This document shows positions 39,805 through 50,021 of a stretch of 64,000 nucleotides of DNA, in pieces (the stretch's first letter is position 1; every line of letters begins with the position of its first letter). Both the position numbers and the translations under genes were made by a program. Under the pieces are notes generated by a model that saw only the letters and a program-made list of their open reading frames with translations, ran no database searches and was not told where the DNA came from. The DNA is from an uncultured archaeon (GTDB lineage Archaea; Asgardarchaeota; Heimdallarchaeia; Heimdallarchaeales; Heimdallarchaeaceae): positions 32,001 to 96,000 of the forward strand of contig CAZHRF010000005.1 of NCBI GenBank assembly GCA_964534625.1. The letters are read 5' to 3'.

Positions 39805-40389
39805 ATGAAATATGAAATAGTTTCTTGGGATCAAAGCTATCAAATGTCTTTTCGATTATTCGAAAAGATGGTAGAGGATGATTTTTATCCTGATGTTATT
39901 GTTGGTATTGCCAGAGGGGGATGGATCCCTGCACGGTTATTGGCAGATTTCAATGGCAACAAACGAACAGCCAATATTAAAATTGAATTCTACGAACACA
40001 CATCAAAATCTTCAGAGAAACCGATTATATCCCAAGAAATTTCAGAAGACATCAGTAATAAAAAAGTCTTAATTGTTGATGATGTTGCCGATTCTGGAAA
40101 AAGTCTGGCTGTTGCTATAGATCACATTAAAAAAATGAATCCAAAAAAAATTCAAACAGCTACTTTATTTTATAAGGATCATAGTATAATTGAACCAGAC
40201 TATTATGTTCGAGAAACAAAAGCTTGGGTAGTCTATCCTTGGGAATATTGTGAATTTATTAAGTATTATAATGAAAATAATAAAGAGAAGAAATCTAAAA
40301 ATACAATTATTAATGAATTAAAAGACATAGGTATTCCATCAAGTATGGTTGAAGCTTTCTTTTCTTTTATTCTTAGCCACGAAAAATAA
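39805..40389 (+). CDS. Type I purine phosphoribosyltransferase (Gpt/Hpt-like)
   Basis: IARGGWIPAR, VLIVDDVADSGKSL, WVVYPWE. Confidence 0.92.
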   Translation: MKYEIVSWDQSYQMSFRLFEKMVEDDFYPDVIVGIARGGWIPARLLADFNGNKRTANIKIEFYEHTSKSSEKPIISQEISEDISNKKVLIVDDVADSGKSLAVAIDHIKKMNPKKIQTATLFYKDHSIIEPDYYVRETKAWVVYPWEYCEFIKYYNENNKEKKSKNTIINELKDIGIPSSMVEAFFSFILSHEK

Positions 40390-40394
40390 TAGGA

Positions 40395-40703
40395 TTGAAT
40401 CTTATGTCATTAAGCAACGAGAACGGAAACAATGATGATTTACCTACTGAGGTGCTGGATAGAGTTAATATTGGTGTTATTGCCATATCATTAAGTCTGT
40501 TCGATGAGGGGATGACAATACAAGAATTATCTAAAAGCACAGGAATTCATATAGGCGAAGTAAAACGAGCAGTTGAAATACTTCATGCAAACCGAATGAT
40601 TAAAAAAAGAATGCAAACCGAAAATTATGTGGTTATTAATTTTAAAAAACTTTTAAGATTTCTCATTAACAATGGTCTTGTTTATCCTAGCTATAAAACA
40701 TGA
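40395..40703 (+). CDS. Small winged-helix protein
   Basis: MTIQELSKSTGIHIGEVKRAVEILHANRMI HTH-like pattern. Confidence 0.6.
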   Translation: MNLMSLSNENGNNDDLPTEVLDRVNIGVIAISLSLFDEGMTIQELSKSTGIHIGEVKRAVEILHANRMIKKRMQTENYVVINFKKLLRFLINNGLVYPSYKT

Positions 40704-40726
40704 TAGTTTTACAACCGATATACACA

Positions 40727-42313
40727 TTATTGGAAGAATTGATCTAGAGACGTTTGGGGGCTTTTATGATCTTTTTTCTCTTGATGATTTTTTTCTTTTT
40801 CTGATAACGCATTTTCCAGAGTTATATCATCCGGTTCATCCGGTTCATCCGGTTCATCCGGTTCATCCGGTTCATCCGGTTCATTAAACTTGTCCAATCT
40901 TCTTTTCCTCAGAATTGGCACTTTGGTTGATCTTCTTTTATCTTTTTGAAAGTTAATAAAGGAATTAAGTACACTTTCCTCATCTTTTTTCTGTTCTTTT
41001 CTGATGTATTGTTCGGCCATTTGTCTATAGGCATCTTCATAATGTAACATAATTTTTTTATATTGCTGTTTTGAGTTTCCCGCTAGAAATTTTATCAAAT
41101 CTTGGTCTTCTTTTTTATCAAACCTAAGCCATACCGCTATTCCTGCTGCCATTTTAGGATCATTTTCAAAGATAAGTTTCAAGTAAGGAAAAAAATCATG
41201 CTCAAAAGAACTGCTAGAAGCATGGAAAAAATCTTTACTCTTTTCTGTTATTTTATCTAGTTTGGATCTAAAAGATCTTACTTTCCACCACACTTTCCAA
41301 TACGATGAAGATTTATTGAATCTTATTTTTTTATATGGAGTATGTTTTTGCAATCCTACACAAGCTATTAAACTAAAGTAATATTTTAGATACGACCAAT
41401 TTTGTGTTTCATAACATTTTGAAAGATAAAAATCTGCTAAAGCTATTAATTCATACATTTTGAACAGTTCTTCATTGTTACTGGCTTGTTTATATGCATG
41501 TTCAAAAACCGCATCTCTCAAATCCCTATAATCCACGTCTAAGTTGTATGTAGCAGATTGTGCTACCTCATAATCATTCGCACTAAAAATTGTTTCTAAT
41601 GCTTCTTCAATTTCCATTATTGTATCTCTTGGTGAAAAAGCAAACTCACCTTTATAATGGCTTGTAGCAATTCCTTGCAAGTCATTTATAGCTGATCTAG
41701 CATCACCACCACTATTTGCTGCTATTTTATGTAACACTTTGTCTTGTACATTTAGAGACATTTTTCTTTTTACTACTTGTAATAATTTCATTATTTCTTG
41801 GATAGATAGTCTCTCAAATTCAAAAACAATCATACTTTTTTTTGCTGATTTCAATGATTTCGAGTCTGGATCATTGGCTGTACATAATATGGGTATTCTC
41901 GTCTCTTTTATCACTCTAGCTAATGCCTTTGCTCCCCCTCTATCTTGATGACCAAACAATCCGTCAGCCTCATCCACAAGTAACATTTTTTTTACTCTTG
42001 CCCCTTGTAAGACTGTACCCTCCGTTGAGCTTTTACCAACATAATGTTCAATAGCCTTCTTGTTTCTTTTATCACTTGCATTAACTTCTACTAGTTCAAA
42101 ACCATATTTTTTAGCCAGATATAATACTACACTTGTTTTTCCTGTTCCAGCTGGGCCATAAAGTAAAGCAACTTTCTTTTTTTGTTTTTTCCAAGTTTTC
42201 AGCCAATATTCGATTTTTTCTACTGTTTTTCGATTTCCGATAAAATCAACTAATGTTTGTGGTCTGAGTCTTTCTACCCACGGCATCTGTTCCTTAGTAA
42301 TGTTTACAGCCAT
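40727..42313 (-). CDS. rfcL: Replication factor C large subunit
   Basis: PWVERLRP, GPAGTGKT, EVNASDKR, DEADG, GDARSAINDLQ, C-terminal PIP box QTSLDQFF. Confidence 0.95.
   Translation of the reverse strand: MAVNITKEQMPWVERLRPQTLVDFIGNRKTVEKIEYWLKTWKKQKKKVALLYGPAGTGKTSVVLYLAKKYGFELVEVNASDKRNKKAIEHYVGKSSTEGTVLQGARVKKMLLVDEADGLFGHQDRGGAKALARVIKETRIPILCTANDPDSKSLKSAKKSMIVFEFERLSIQEIMKLLQVVKRKMSLNVQDKVLHKIAANSGGDARSAINDLQGIATSHYKGEFAFSPRDTIMEIEEALETIFSANDYEVAQSATYNLDVDYRDLRDAVFEHAYKQASNNEELFKMYELIALADFYLSKCYETQNWSYLKYYFSLIACVGLQKHTPYKKIRFNKSSSYWKVWWKVRSFRSKLDKITEKSKDFFHASSSSFEHDFFPYLKLIFENDPKMAAGIAVWLRFDKKEDQDLIKFLAGNSKQQYKKIMLHYEDAYRQMAEQYIRKEQKKDEESVLNSFINFQKDKRRSTKVPILRKRRLDKFNEPDEPDEPDEPDEPDEPDDITLENALSEKEKNHQEKKDHKSPQTSLDQFFQ
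40827..40880. repeat. Perfect 9-bp tandem repeat (TCATCCGGT)x6 encoding (EPD)6 in the RFC-L tail
   Basis: Directly visible in the sequence. Confidence 0.97.
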
Positions 42314-42390
42314 ATGCTATCTATAGGTACTCTTTAGATTTCAATATAAAAAACATGCGGAATTATAGAAAAGAAAAAATGAAATAAAAA

Positions 42391-43020
42391 TTATTCTTCG
42401 GTTACACTATCATTTACTGACTTTGGTCTTTTAAATATCAACTTACCTAGAATGCCCCCAATTGAACCTCCAATAAAACCTATTATTGAAACAAAGAAAA
42501 ACGACCCAACAGTGATGGTAAAAAAGAATATCACAATGAATAAAAACACGCCACTTAATCCAGCAATTTGTATATCTATTATTACAGATAACAAAGAAAA
42601 TAATACATTTAATGTTATAAAGCTCATTATTGAAGAGGATGTACCAGATCTAAGTCCACCTCGTGAGGCTAAACCGCCAGCAAATGCGCCTAAAAACCAA
42701 ATACCTAGAATTAAAAAATACATACCAGGATTAGCAAATGAGTTAACAAGATCCATATCTTTCATCATTGGTATAGGAGAGGGTATGCTAAAATTAAAAG
42801 GGATAAAAAGGTTTACTACGAGTAGCATTAATAGTATTAACCAAAGATGTCCAAAAAATCCATGTGAAACCTTTAATTGGGCATTTGCACTAAGCAATTC
42901 GGGTTGGTCAATCGTTGGCCACAACAGAAGCATAAATATCAGTACTACTAGAAAATTGGTTAAGAAACCAGTAAATGTGTTTCTCAGTCTTTTTAGTATC
43001 ATAATAAGTATATAGCGCAC
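42391..43020 (-). CDS. Hypothetical multi-pass membrane protein
   Basis: About 5-6 hydrophobic helices with GxxxG/GG motifs. Confidence 0.65.
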   Translation of the reverse strand: MRYILIMILKRLRNTFTGFLTNFLVVLIFMLLLWPTIDQPELLSANAQLKVSHGFFGHLWLILLMLLVVNLFIPFNFSIPSPIPMMKDMDLVNSFANPGMYFLILGIWFLGAFAGGLASRGGLRSGTSSSIMSFITLNVLFSLLSVIIDIQIAGLSGVFLFIVIFFFTITVGSFFFVSIIGFIGGSIGGILGKLIFKRPKSVNDSVTEE

Positions 43021-43087
43021 ACATATATATAGAGTTTACCAAACTAATAACAAAAGTTAATAGACCTATATTCATTATTAATTTTAT

Positions 43088-43915
43088 ATGATACTTATAG
43101 GTCAATCACTTCAAACTTATAAAGGTCTCTCAACCCAACATCTATTACGTTTTGCAAAAACATTTGGTATCCAAAGTTGCGAGATTAACGCTACAGGTAC
43201 AAATCATGAAAATGTAGCAGATATAATCTCAGAAGTAGGGGATATGCCTTTAACATTTCATCTTCCAGTTGAAGGAGTGGAGGGATTTGATTTATCGTAT
43301 AAAGAGAAAGAGAAAGAGATTAAATCCATTATTAAACTGATAAACGACAATCATGTCACGTTAAATATAGTACTAGGGGTATTTCATCCACCCCAGAAAC
43401 GAGGAGATTTTCACACTCTTGTTGAAAATCTGAATCAATTAGAAATTCCTGTTGTGGTAGAAAATGTACCAGATTATTCAGATTTAGAATTTAAGGAATT
43501 ATATTTTAAATTCAAGGATAATTTAAACAATAATTTGAAAGGGTGGTTATTCGATGTTGCTCACTCATATTTGAGGAATGGAAAAGAGAAATATATGGAT
43601 TTGTTGGATATCCTTCCTTTTAACGAACTAGAAGAAATACACTTCTCGGATTGCTTAGAAGGCGATGACTCCCATTATGCGTTTGGTTCCGGTGTTTTAC
43701 CTATTGACTCAATACTTACAGATATTCGTTCACGAAATTATGATAAGATAATTGTAAATGAAATTAATCCCCATCCAACTGTGTGGGATCTGCTTGATTC
43801 TTACATAAAAGTAGCAAAGTATTTCAACAAACGACTATACACAAAAACACTGATAAAAAGATTCATTTTCAGACCAATTGTTCGAAGAAAACTTGAAAAG
43901 GCAGGAATTCATTAA
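43088..43915 (+). CDS. Xylose-isomerase-like/AP endonuclease 2 TIM-barrel protein
   Basis: TFHLP, VFHPP, VVENV, FDVAH, EIHFSD....DSH..G.G, VNE. Confidence 0.82.
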   Translation: MILIGQSLQTYKGLSTQHLLRFAKTFGIQSCEINATGTNHENVADIISEVGDMPLTFHLPVEGVEGFDLSYKEKEKEIKSIIKLINDNHVTLNIVLGVFHPPQKRGDFHTLVENLNQLEIPVVVENVPDYSDLEFKELYFKFKDNLNNNLKGWLFDVAHSYLRNGKEKYMDLLDILPFNELEEIHFSDCLEGDDSHYAFGSGVLPIDSILTDIRSRNYDKIIVNEINPHPTVWDLLDSYIKVAKYFNKRLYTKTLIKRFIFRPIVRRKLEKAGIH

Positions 43916-43920
43916 AAACA

Positions 43921-44172
43921 TTAAATATTCTCTATTAATTCCAATGACAAATTAAGCCATTTTAAGTAAGAATTAACTGCAGCTCTTGCTGAAACTGTAT
44001 CTGTAGCATTTAATTTTAGTAATAATTTTTTTCCCTTCCTTGTAATATTTACATTTGCTCTATCATTTAGTTTTATTTTTGTTTCAATTATTAATGTGTC
44101 ATGAATATTTTTACAAATTTCTTCAGTATCAAAATCAAAATCCATATCCAAACACACACAATTAATCATCAC
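43921..44172 (-). CDS. pcc1: KEOPS subunit Pcc1
   Basis: LNATDTVSARAAVNSYLKWL; conserved position after brix. Confidence 0.85.
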   Translation of the reverse strand: MMINCVCLDMDFDFDTEEICKNIHDTLIIETKIKLNDRANVNITRKGKKLLLKLNATDTVSARAAVNSYLKWLNLSLELIENI

Positions 44173-44185
44173 TTCACCGCTAATT

Positions 44186-44734
44186 CTATATTTCTCTTGG
44201 TATTACTTTAAGCTTCATTCTTGGACCAACAGGCCTATCTTTCTTATTTGTAAATTCAATAAAAATAAATTCTTCTCCATTTTCTTCTATATAATCCGCA
44301 TATGCAGTAATATAATTGGTTTCTTCCAGTTTTTCTATACTGTGTTTCTTTATATTGAGAAATCTCTTTAATGCATTTTCTTTAAACTCATTTTTTAGAG
44401 TAGAAATCAATATCGAATATTGTGGTTGATTTGTTTTCACAGTTCTGATTTCTCGTGATAAGGTTAATCCTCTAATTTTAATTGCATAAGCAAGTTTCTT
44501 AGGAACGCCTGTCGACAAATCAAACATCCTTACAAAATTCGGATTCCCTTTTACTGAGTTAACAATTGCAGCTGTTTTACAATCTTTATGAATCATTTCG
44601 TTTAGTGTCAAATCAACATTCGATGATCCTCTTGTCACACTCATAGATTCAGGTATGACTTTAACAATATCATTAATGAATGATCTTGTTTTTGTTGCAG
44701 GATTTCTTGATGTTGTAAATCCTATTCTTGCCAT
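44186..44734 (-). CDS. Brix/Imp4-domain ribosome biogenesis protein
   Basis: TTSRNPATKTRSF..D, RG, KGNP, GPRM; start placed at MARIGF. Confidence 0.88.
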   Translation of the reverse strand: MARIGFTTSRNPATKTRSFINDIVKVIPESMSVTRGSSNVDLTLNEMIHKDCKTAAIVNSVKGNPNFVRMFDLSTGVPKKLAYAIKIRGLTLSREIRTVKTNQPQYSILISTLKNEFKENALKRFLNIKKHSIEKLEETNYITAYADYIEENGEEFIFIEFTNKKDRPVGPRMKLKVIPREI

Positions 44735-44831
44735 TATATCCCAGTTTTTAAATTGAATTAAAAACATAAGGATTGTTAAGTTCAAAAAAAACAGACAAAA
44801 AACAAATAAGAGTAAAAAGGAAAAGAAAAAT

Positions 44832-45104
44832 TTATTCTTGTTGTTCTGCTATACGGGTAATTCTTCGTAATATACTGCGGCCTGAACTGGTTATCGGTTC
44901 CCAAGCTCCTCCAGCTCTTTTTTCTCCACATTTTTTACACTCCCAAATACCAACACCTTGTCGTTTAAAGTTTCTAGTTAAACATGCAGGACATTTATAT
45001 GTGGCTTTACTTTTCTGTTCTATCTCACGAACACGCTTTCTTATTGTGGAACCATATCTTGTTCCATAGCGACCTGTTGATTTTACTTTTTTTGTTTTTC
45101 CCAT
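44832..45104 (-). CDS. rpl37ae: Ribosomal protein eL43 (L37Ae)
   Basis: TGRYGTRYGSTIRK, CPAC...GIWECKKC, AGGAW; start at MGKTKK. Confidence 0.97.
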   Translation of the reverse strand: MGKTKKVKSTGRYGTRYGSTIRKRVREIEQKSKATYKCPACLTRNFKRQGVGIWECKKCGEKRAGGAWEPITSSGRSILRRITRIAEQQE

Positions 45105-45108
45105 TCTA

Positions 45109-45942
45109 TTACACCTCTTTTTGTTTTTTATACTCTGAAATCGCACTCATTAACTGGTTTCTTAAATCTTTTGACCTTGTAAAGGCTTTTCTTACCATAG
45201 GCATAATTTCTGAGCGTTTAAATACACCAGTATTACCCTTTTGAGCTGCCACAATATGATCCTCCTCATCAAACGCCAATACTAGATAGGCTTCACTTAT
45301 TCTTTCTTCTTTCATGTTTGGATCAATTATTGTATAATCACCTATCTTATAATTTGTTACAGTTATTGGATAGTGAGCGATTGGTAAGTCGTAAGTTTCA
45401 TCCAATATTTCGTAATCATCGTCATCCTTTAATTCGATTTTAGGTATCTTTGTTGTTGCTAGACTTGCAATTGCTCCTAGTGTAGCGGCATCAAAAAGAG
45501 AACCATCATAGTTTAGAACATACATGTCAATAAATATTATCCATACCAATTTACCAGGAACTATACATAATTTGCTTAGATCTACACAATGAGACTCTCT
45601 TATAGCTCTATCTGTAACTCTAGCTAGTATTGTTGCATCGTCTCTAGGTGGCCCACTTTCATAAAAAGGAGCGGCTACTGGACTCAACTCTGCAGTAGTG
45701 GTTATTACACCCGAATCTGGTGTATCTGGATAGGGTGTTCCTATTTCCGCTTTAATTCCAACTAATATTTTTGTATTACCTATTGAAACTACTGCCGACC
45801 CCTCTGCTTTTTCGATATAACCAAGTTCAACTTTTATTGGTCTATGTTCATCTAGTTCTCTTCTATCAGCTCTCTTTCCTTTTTCAATTAAAGAGAGAAT
45901 ATATCCTTTTTCAATTTCACTTATAATAAAATCGTCTGACAT
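45109..45942 (-). CDS. rrp42: Exosome subunit Rrp42
   Basis: AEGSAVV.IGNT, PYPDTPDSG, ARVTDRAIRES, YDGSLFDA. Confidence 0.96.
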   Translation of the reverse strand: MSDDFIISEIEKGYILSLIEKGKRADRRELDEHRPIKVELGYIEKAEGSAVVSIGNTKILVGIKAEIGTPYPDTPDSGVITTTAELSPVAAPFYESGPPRDDATILARVTDRAIRESHCVDLSKLCIVPGKLVWIIFIDMYVLNYDGSLFDAATLGAIASLATTKIPKIELKDDDDYEILDETYDLPIAHYPITVTNYKIGDYTIIDPNMKEERISEAYLVLAFDEEDHIVAAQKGNTGVFKRSEIMPMVRKAFTRSKDLRNQLMSAISEYKKQKEV

Positions 45943-46892
45943 TATTGAACCTCCTCATCCTTTTTTCCTAAATTTTCAGGTTCATCTTTTTCCTCGACTG
46001 CCTTCGTCACATCATCAACACTAACAGGGGTTGGATTATCATCTTCATCTTCATCTTCATCTTCATCTTCGTACTCGTCTCCTTCTACAACAGCTGATGA
46101 ATCTTTCAATGATTCTTCAATGATTTGTTTTGATTCTTCTTCATCTTCGTCTTCGTCAGCAACTTCTGCACGAATACTGGAATATACTTTCTTAAGCGCG
46201 TCTTTTTGTAGTTCATATATTTGCTCACAGCCATTGATCGCCGTATTTACAGCTTCTTCAAATTGCTCTATTGTAAAGATCCCATCCAATTGTAGTAGCG
46301 AAATCTCATCTAAAGCTGGTGCATAACCAACAGGCAAATCGCCACCACCCTTTTGATCTTCAATATTAGCTAAATCTAGCACAACTTTATCGTTGGCTAA
46401 GCCAGAAGCTATTCCAGCAATTATTCCTCGCATGGGTACTCCTGCATCAGCTAAAGCAACAGCAGCAGCAGTCAAAGATGCACAACGTGTTCCACCACTT
46501 GCTTGTAATACCTGTACATATACATCTATTGTTGTTCTAGGATATCTTTTAGCGAGAACTACACTTTGTAGAGCATCACTTAATATTTTTGATATTTCTC
46601 TTTCTCTTCTAGATGGGGCAGGGCTTTTTCTTTCATCAACTGAAAAAGTTGCCATTCTATAGAAACATTGAACCAGAGCCCTATCTGGCAAAGCAAGGTG
46701 CTTTGGATGTAATTCTCTTGGTCCATATATGGCAGCCACAATAATATTTTTGCCTTGACGAATTTCTGCACTTCCATCTGCGTTTTCTAGTATACCTACT
46801 TTAATGCTTGTTGGTCTATATTCATTAAGATTACGACCATCAAGCCTTTTTCCATTCTCATCAATAAGCTGTTCTGTTCCATCTCCAGCCAT
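45942..46892 (-). CDS. rrp41: Exosome exonuclease Rrp41 with a long acidic C-terminal tail
   Basis: RLDGR, ADGSA, YGPRE, PSRRE.EIS, GGTRCAS; about 75-aa D/E-rich tail. Confidence 0.96.
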   Translation of the reverse strand: MAGDGTEQLIDENGKRLDGRNLNEYRPTSIKVGILENADGSAEIRQGKNIIVAAIYGPRELHPKHLALPDRALVQCFYRMATFSVDERKSPAPSRREREISKILSDALQSVVLAKRYPRTTIDVYVQVLQASGGTRCASLTAAAVALADAGVPMRGIIAGIASGLANDKVVLDLANIEDQKGGGDLPVGYAPALDEISLLQLDGIFTIEQFEEAVNTAINGCEQIYELQKDALKKVYSSIRAEVADEDEDEEESKQIIEESLKDSSAVVEGDEYEDEDEDEDEDDNPTPVSVDDVTKAVEEKDEPENLGKKDEEVQ

Positions 46893-46922
46893 TTAATCAC
46901 CTTTTTAATTATAATCAATTAT

Positions 46923-47609
46923 TTAATTGTTTTCTAATAACTCACGAATTCTATCAGTTAAACCAGTTGTATGGGCTTCTAATTCTATTTTCTTAAAAGC
47001 TTGAATAGCTAAAAGTTCATCTTCATCTTTTTTTCCTTGAACCCAAAGTCTTCCATTTTGTCCAATAATAACTTGACAGCGAGTTAATCTTTTAATCATA
47101 TTAATCATTGTTCCTTTCTTACCAACAACTCGAGGGACATGAGCAGATTCTATTTGAATAACTCTACCCCCACTTAATTTTCCAAGACCCCTCTCATTTG
47201 TTATTAAAGAAGGATCTCTTGTTCTATCAAAACTAATTACCTTAGCAAGAATGATATCACCAATATCATAAATTTCTCTAGCGTCATGTTTAACAGGGTC
47301 AAATCTTCTTCTTCTAGCATTTGAAGCTTGTAATATACCCGGATATGGGCAACCTATATCAACTTGCCAGTTTACCAATCCAACTTCCATAACTTTTCCA
47401 ATTACTAAATCACCAGGACGGGGAATATATTTCGCTTTAAGCGATTTCACACGGATATACTCACCTCTGTCTTGAAAAAGTCCAACAATTGTACAATAAT
47501 AGTTGCCATTTTTTTTATTTATTCCCTCGCCATACTTGAAATGACCTTCTGCTACTTTTTCGCCAGGAATAACAATAGCGTGATTATCTACTAATACTTT
47601 ATTAGCCAT
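46923..47609 (-). CDS. rrp4: Exosome RNA-binding subunit Rrp4
   Basis: YIPRPGDLVIG, S1 plus KH (PRVVGKKG), GQNG, EAHTTGLTDRI. Confidence 0.96.
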   Translation of the reverse strand: MANKVLVDNHAIVIPGEKVAEGHFKYGEGINKKNGNYYCTIVGLFQDRGEYIRVKSLKAKYIPRPGDLVIGKVMEVGLVNWQVDIGCPYPGILQASNARRRRFDPVKHDAREIYDIGDIILAKVISFDRTRDPSLITNERGLGKLSGGRVIQIESAHVPRVVGKKGTMINMIKRLTRCQVIIGQNGRLWVQGKKDEDELLAIQAFKKIELEAHTTGLTDRIRELLENN

Positions 47610-47636
47610 ATAATTAACCTCTCGTTTATATTTAAT

Positions 47637-48380
47637 TTATTCAGTTAAACGTTCTAGCACTTTAACTTGTGCTTTACCCTTTGATTTTGAAGTAACCTCA
47701 TCTAAGAAATCTGCTTGCATTCCCGAAGGAATTTGAACAACAACCGCCAAAGAACCATCTGATAACCATTCCTCTTCTAATGGTTCACCTAAATCATAAA
47801 TGACACCATAAAGTGAACCCGCATAACTAGCAGGTATTTTTAATGCTAATTTTACAGATTCAAAACGAATGGGCATAATAGGCTTAAGTTGTTTAATGAT
47901 ATCCATAGCTTGTTCTTTAACCCCTCCACGATACTTAATATTAATACCTAGATCAATAATTGCATTATTTATTCTATCTTTTGGGATGGGTGAGTTTTCA
48001 CGTGGATTAATACAATGAACATGGATAAAATCTACAATCTCCTCTCGTTTTTCTTTCATTATCTCATTTCTTTGTTCTTGAGTTAATTTTAATTCTCCTT
48101 TCTCAAGAATTTCTAGAGCTATCTCACGTTCATTTTTATCACCAAAAACAACGGTAAGATCGTCATCAGAAGCACGAATACCTCTAGAAACATTTTCATA
48201 AACAGTATAGACTTCGAAGATGTCATCTGGCTCTACTTCTTCACCTTGTAAATGTAACCATGCAGCTTCGGGATTTACCAACATTTCAAATCTGCGACCA
48301 TGACTGCTGTACTTTACAATAGACTTATCTTGTAAATCAATTCTTTTATCGGAAGTAACGCCTTTGAAATCGCGCATCAT
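47637..48380 (-). CDS. Ribosome maturation factor SBDS/Sdo1
   Basis: GRRFEMLV, LTQEQR, INPR...PIP..RI.NA, EEW.SDGS. Confidence 0.95.
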   Translation of the reverse strand: MMRDFKGVTSDKRIDLQDKSIVKYSSHGRRFEMLVNPEAAWLHLQGEEVEPDDIFEVYTVYENVSRGIRASDDDLTVVFGDKNEREIALEILEKGELKLTQEQRNEIMKEKREEIVDFIHVHCINPRENSPIPKDRINNAIIDLGINIKYRGGVKEQAMDIIKQLKPIMPIRFESVKLALKIPASYAGSLYGVIYDLGEPLEEEWLSDGSLAVVVQIPSGMQADFLDEVTSKSKGKAQVKVLERLTE

Positions 48381-48511
48381 ATTATATCACACTCTTTTTA
48401 TCACTATTAATTTACTAATAGTAGAGTTATTTTGTGATACTTCACAGAGTAGATTTATAACTCTTATTACAATAGAGAACACGAAAAAAAATGTTGAAGA
48501 GATAAAGAAAA

Positions 48512-49063
48512 ATGGACAGAACACAAAAATTCAATATACTTATTACAGGAAAACCAGGTGTTGGCAAAACCTCACTTTTAATTAAAATAATAAAACAACT
48601 GAATCTTAAAATGACAGGATTCATCACAAAGGAGATTAGAGAGAAAAAAAGAAGAATGGGTTTCAAGATTACTACCTTAGATTATAAAGAGTATCTTTTA
48701 GCATCAAAACAGGGAAAAAAGAGTAACGAGAAAGTTGGAAGTTATAATGTTTATATTGAAAATTTGGAATTAGCCTTGTTAGAGATTGAGAAAGAACTAA
48801 AGAAAAATAAACACGATATAATCATAATTGATGAAATAGGCAAAATGGAACTGTTTTCAAAAAGCTTTCAAAAATTTGTTGAAAAACATTTAAATGAAAA
48901 AAGAGTAGTAGCTACAATTATGTTAAGAGACAATCCTTTTACTAAACGTCTAAAAAAACGTTCAGATACAAAAATCTTTGAAGTTACAAGAGCAAACAGA
49001 GACAGTATAAAAAAGGATATAATAACATCAATTGTTGAACAACAGATAAATGTTGGAATTTAA
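48512..49063 (+). CDS. NTPase (THEP1/NTPase_1 family)
   Basis: ITGKPGVGKTS, GFIT.EIR, IIDEIGKMELFS. Confidence 0.93.
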   Translation: MDRTQKFNILITGKPGVGKTSLLIKIIKQLNLKMTGFITKEIREKKRRMGFKITTLDYKEYLLASKQGKKSNEKVGSYNVYIENLELALLEIEKELKKNKHDIIIIDEIGKMELFSKSFQKFVEKHLNEKRVVATIMLRDNPFTKRLKKRSDTKIFEVTRANRDSIKKDIITSIVEQQINVGI

Positions 49064-49112
49064 TAATCTTTAAATTGAATTTTGCTTTCAGTATTTTAAA
49101 CAGAGTGGTTTC

Positions 49113-49958
49113 ATGCCAGAAGGACCAGAAGTAGAATGTACAAAAAGATCATTGGAGCTATTACTTAATAAAACAGTTAAAAAAATTAAAATGACAAAAC
49201 TCTCTCAAAAGTATTCGAAGTATTTGAATAAACAAAAAGATTTTGACGGTTTTACTAATAAAAAAATATACAACTTAATAAGAAGGGGGAAATATCTACT
49301 TTGGATATTTGAAGGAGAAAAAGTAATATTAAATCATCTAGGGATGTCAGGAAAGTGGATTTTTGTTGATAATATTAAAGACATTACCTCCCATGCAAAG
49401 ATAATACTAGAGATGGGGGAACCACCTCATGCCATATTTGATGATGTTAGAAATTTTGGGCAATTTAGAGCATATAATTCGTTAAAAGAGGTTTTAGAAT
49501 ATAAACCCATAAAAAAACTTGGTCCCGATGGACTAAAAAAGCCATTTAACTGTAATCTTTTTTTAAAACTGTTAGAAAAAAACAAATATCATTTCAAACA
49601 AATAGGCCAAGTTTTACTTGATCAAGAATTAGTAGCAGGTGTAGGAAATATTTACAAATCAGAAATACTATTTTTTGCAAAAATAGATCCGAGAAGACAG
49701 GTTGATAAATTAACATATGCAGAGAAGAAAAAACTCTGTGTTTCAATATCCACAATTTTACAAAAAGCAGTAAACTGTAATGGGAGTACATTCAATATTC
49801 AACCTTATAAAACACCTACAGGTGAAATAGGTGGTGCACAAAATTGGCATCGAGTTTATGGAAGAGAGGAAGCAAAATGTTTTGAGTGCAACCAGAGAAT
49901 AAAAAGAATTAAACAGGACAAGAGAAGTACGTTTTTCTGTTCAACATGTCAGAAATGA
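49113..49958 (+). CDS. mutM: Fpg/Nei DNA glycosylase
   Basis: MPEGPEV, RRGK, HLGMSG, D.RNFG, AGVGNIY.SE, C-terminal CFEC...CSTCQ zinc finger. Confidence 0.93.
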   Translation: MPEGPEVECTKRSLELLLNKTVKKIKMTKLSQKYSKYLNKQKDFDGFTNKKIYNLIRRGKYLLWIFEGEKVILNHLGMSGKWIFVDNIKDITSHAKIILEMGEPPHAIFDDVRNFGQFRAYNSLKEVLEYKPIKKLGPDGLKKPFNCNLFLKLLEKNKYHFKQIGQVLLDQELVAGVGNIYKSEILFFAKIDPRRQVDKLTYAEKKKLCVSISTILQKAVNCNGSTFNIQPYKTPTGEIGGAQNWHRVYGREEAKCFECNQRIKRIKQDKRSTFFCSTCQK

Positions 49959-50021
49959 ATAGAATCAATCATCTCATTTTCATGCGAAAACAATAAATTT
50001 GTTCTCTCCTTTATTTATTTA

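Noticed and set aside
40672-40887. 71-aa ORF ending in (HPV)n
   Set aside because: Antisense reading of the RFC-L (EPD)6 repeat.
42452-43015. 187-aa plus-strand ORF
   Set aside because: Fully antisense to a membrane protein gene; composition typical of a shadow ORF.
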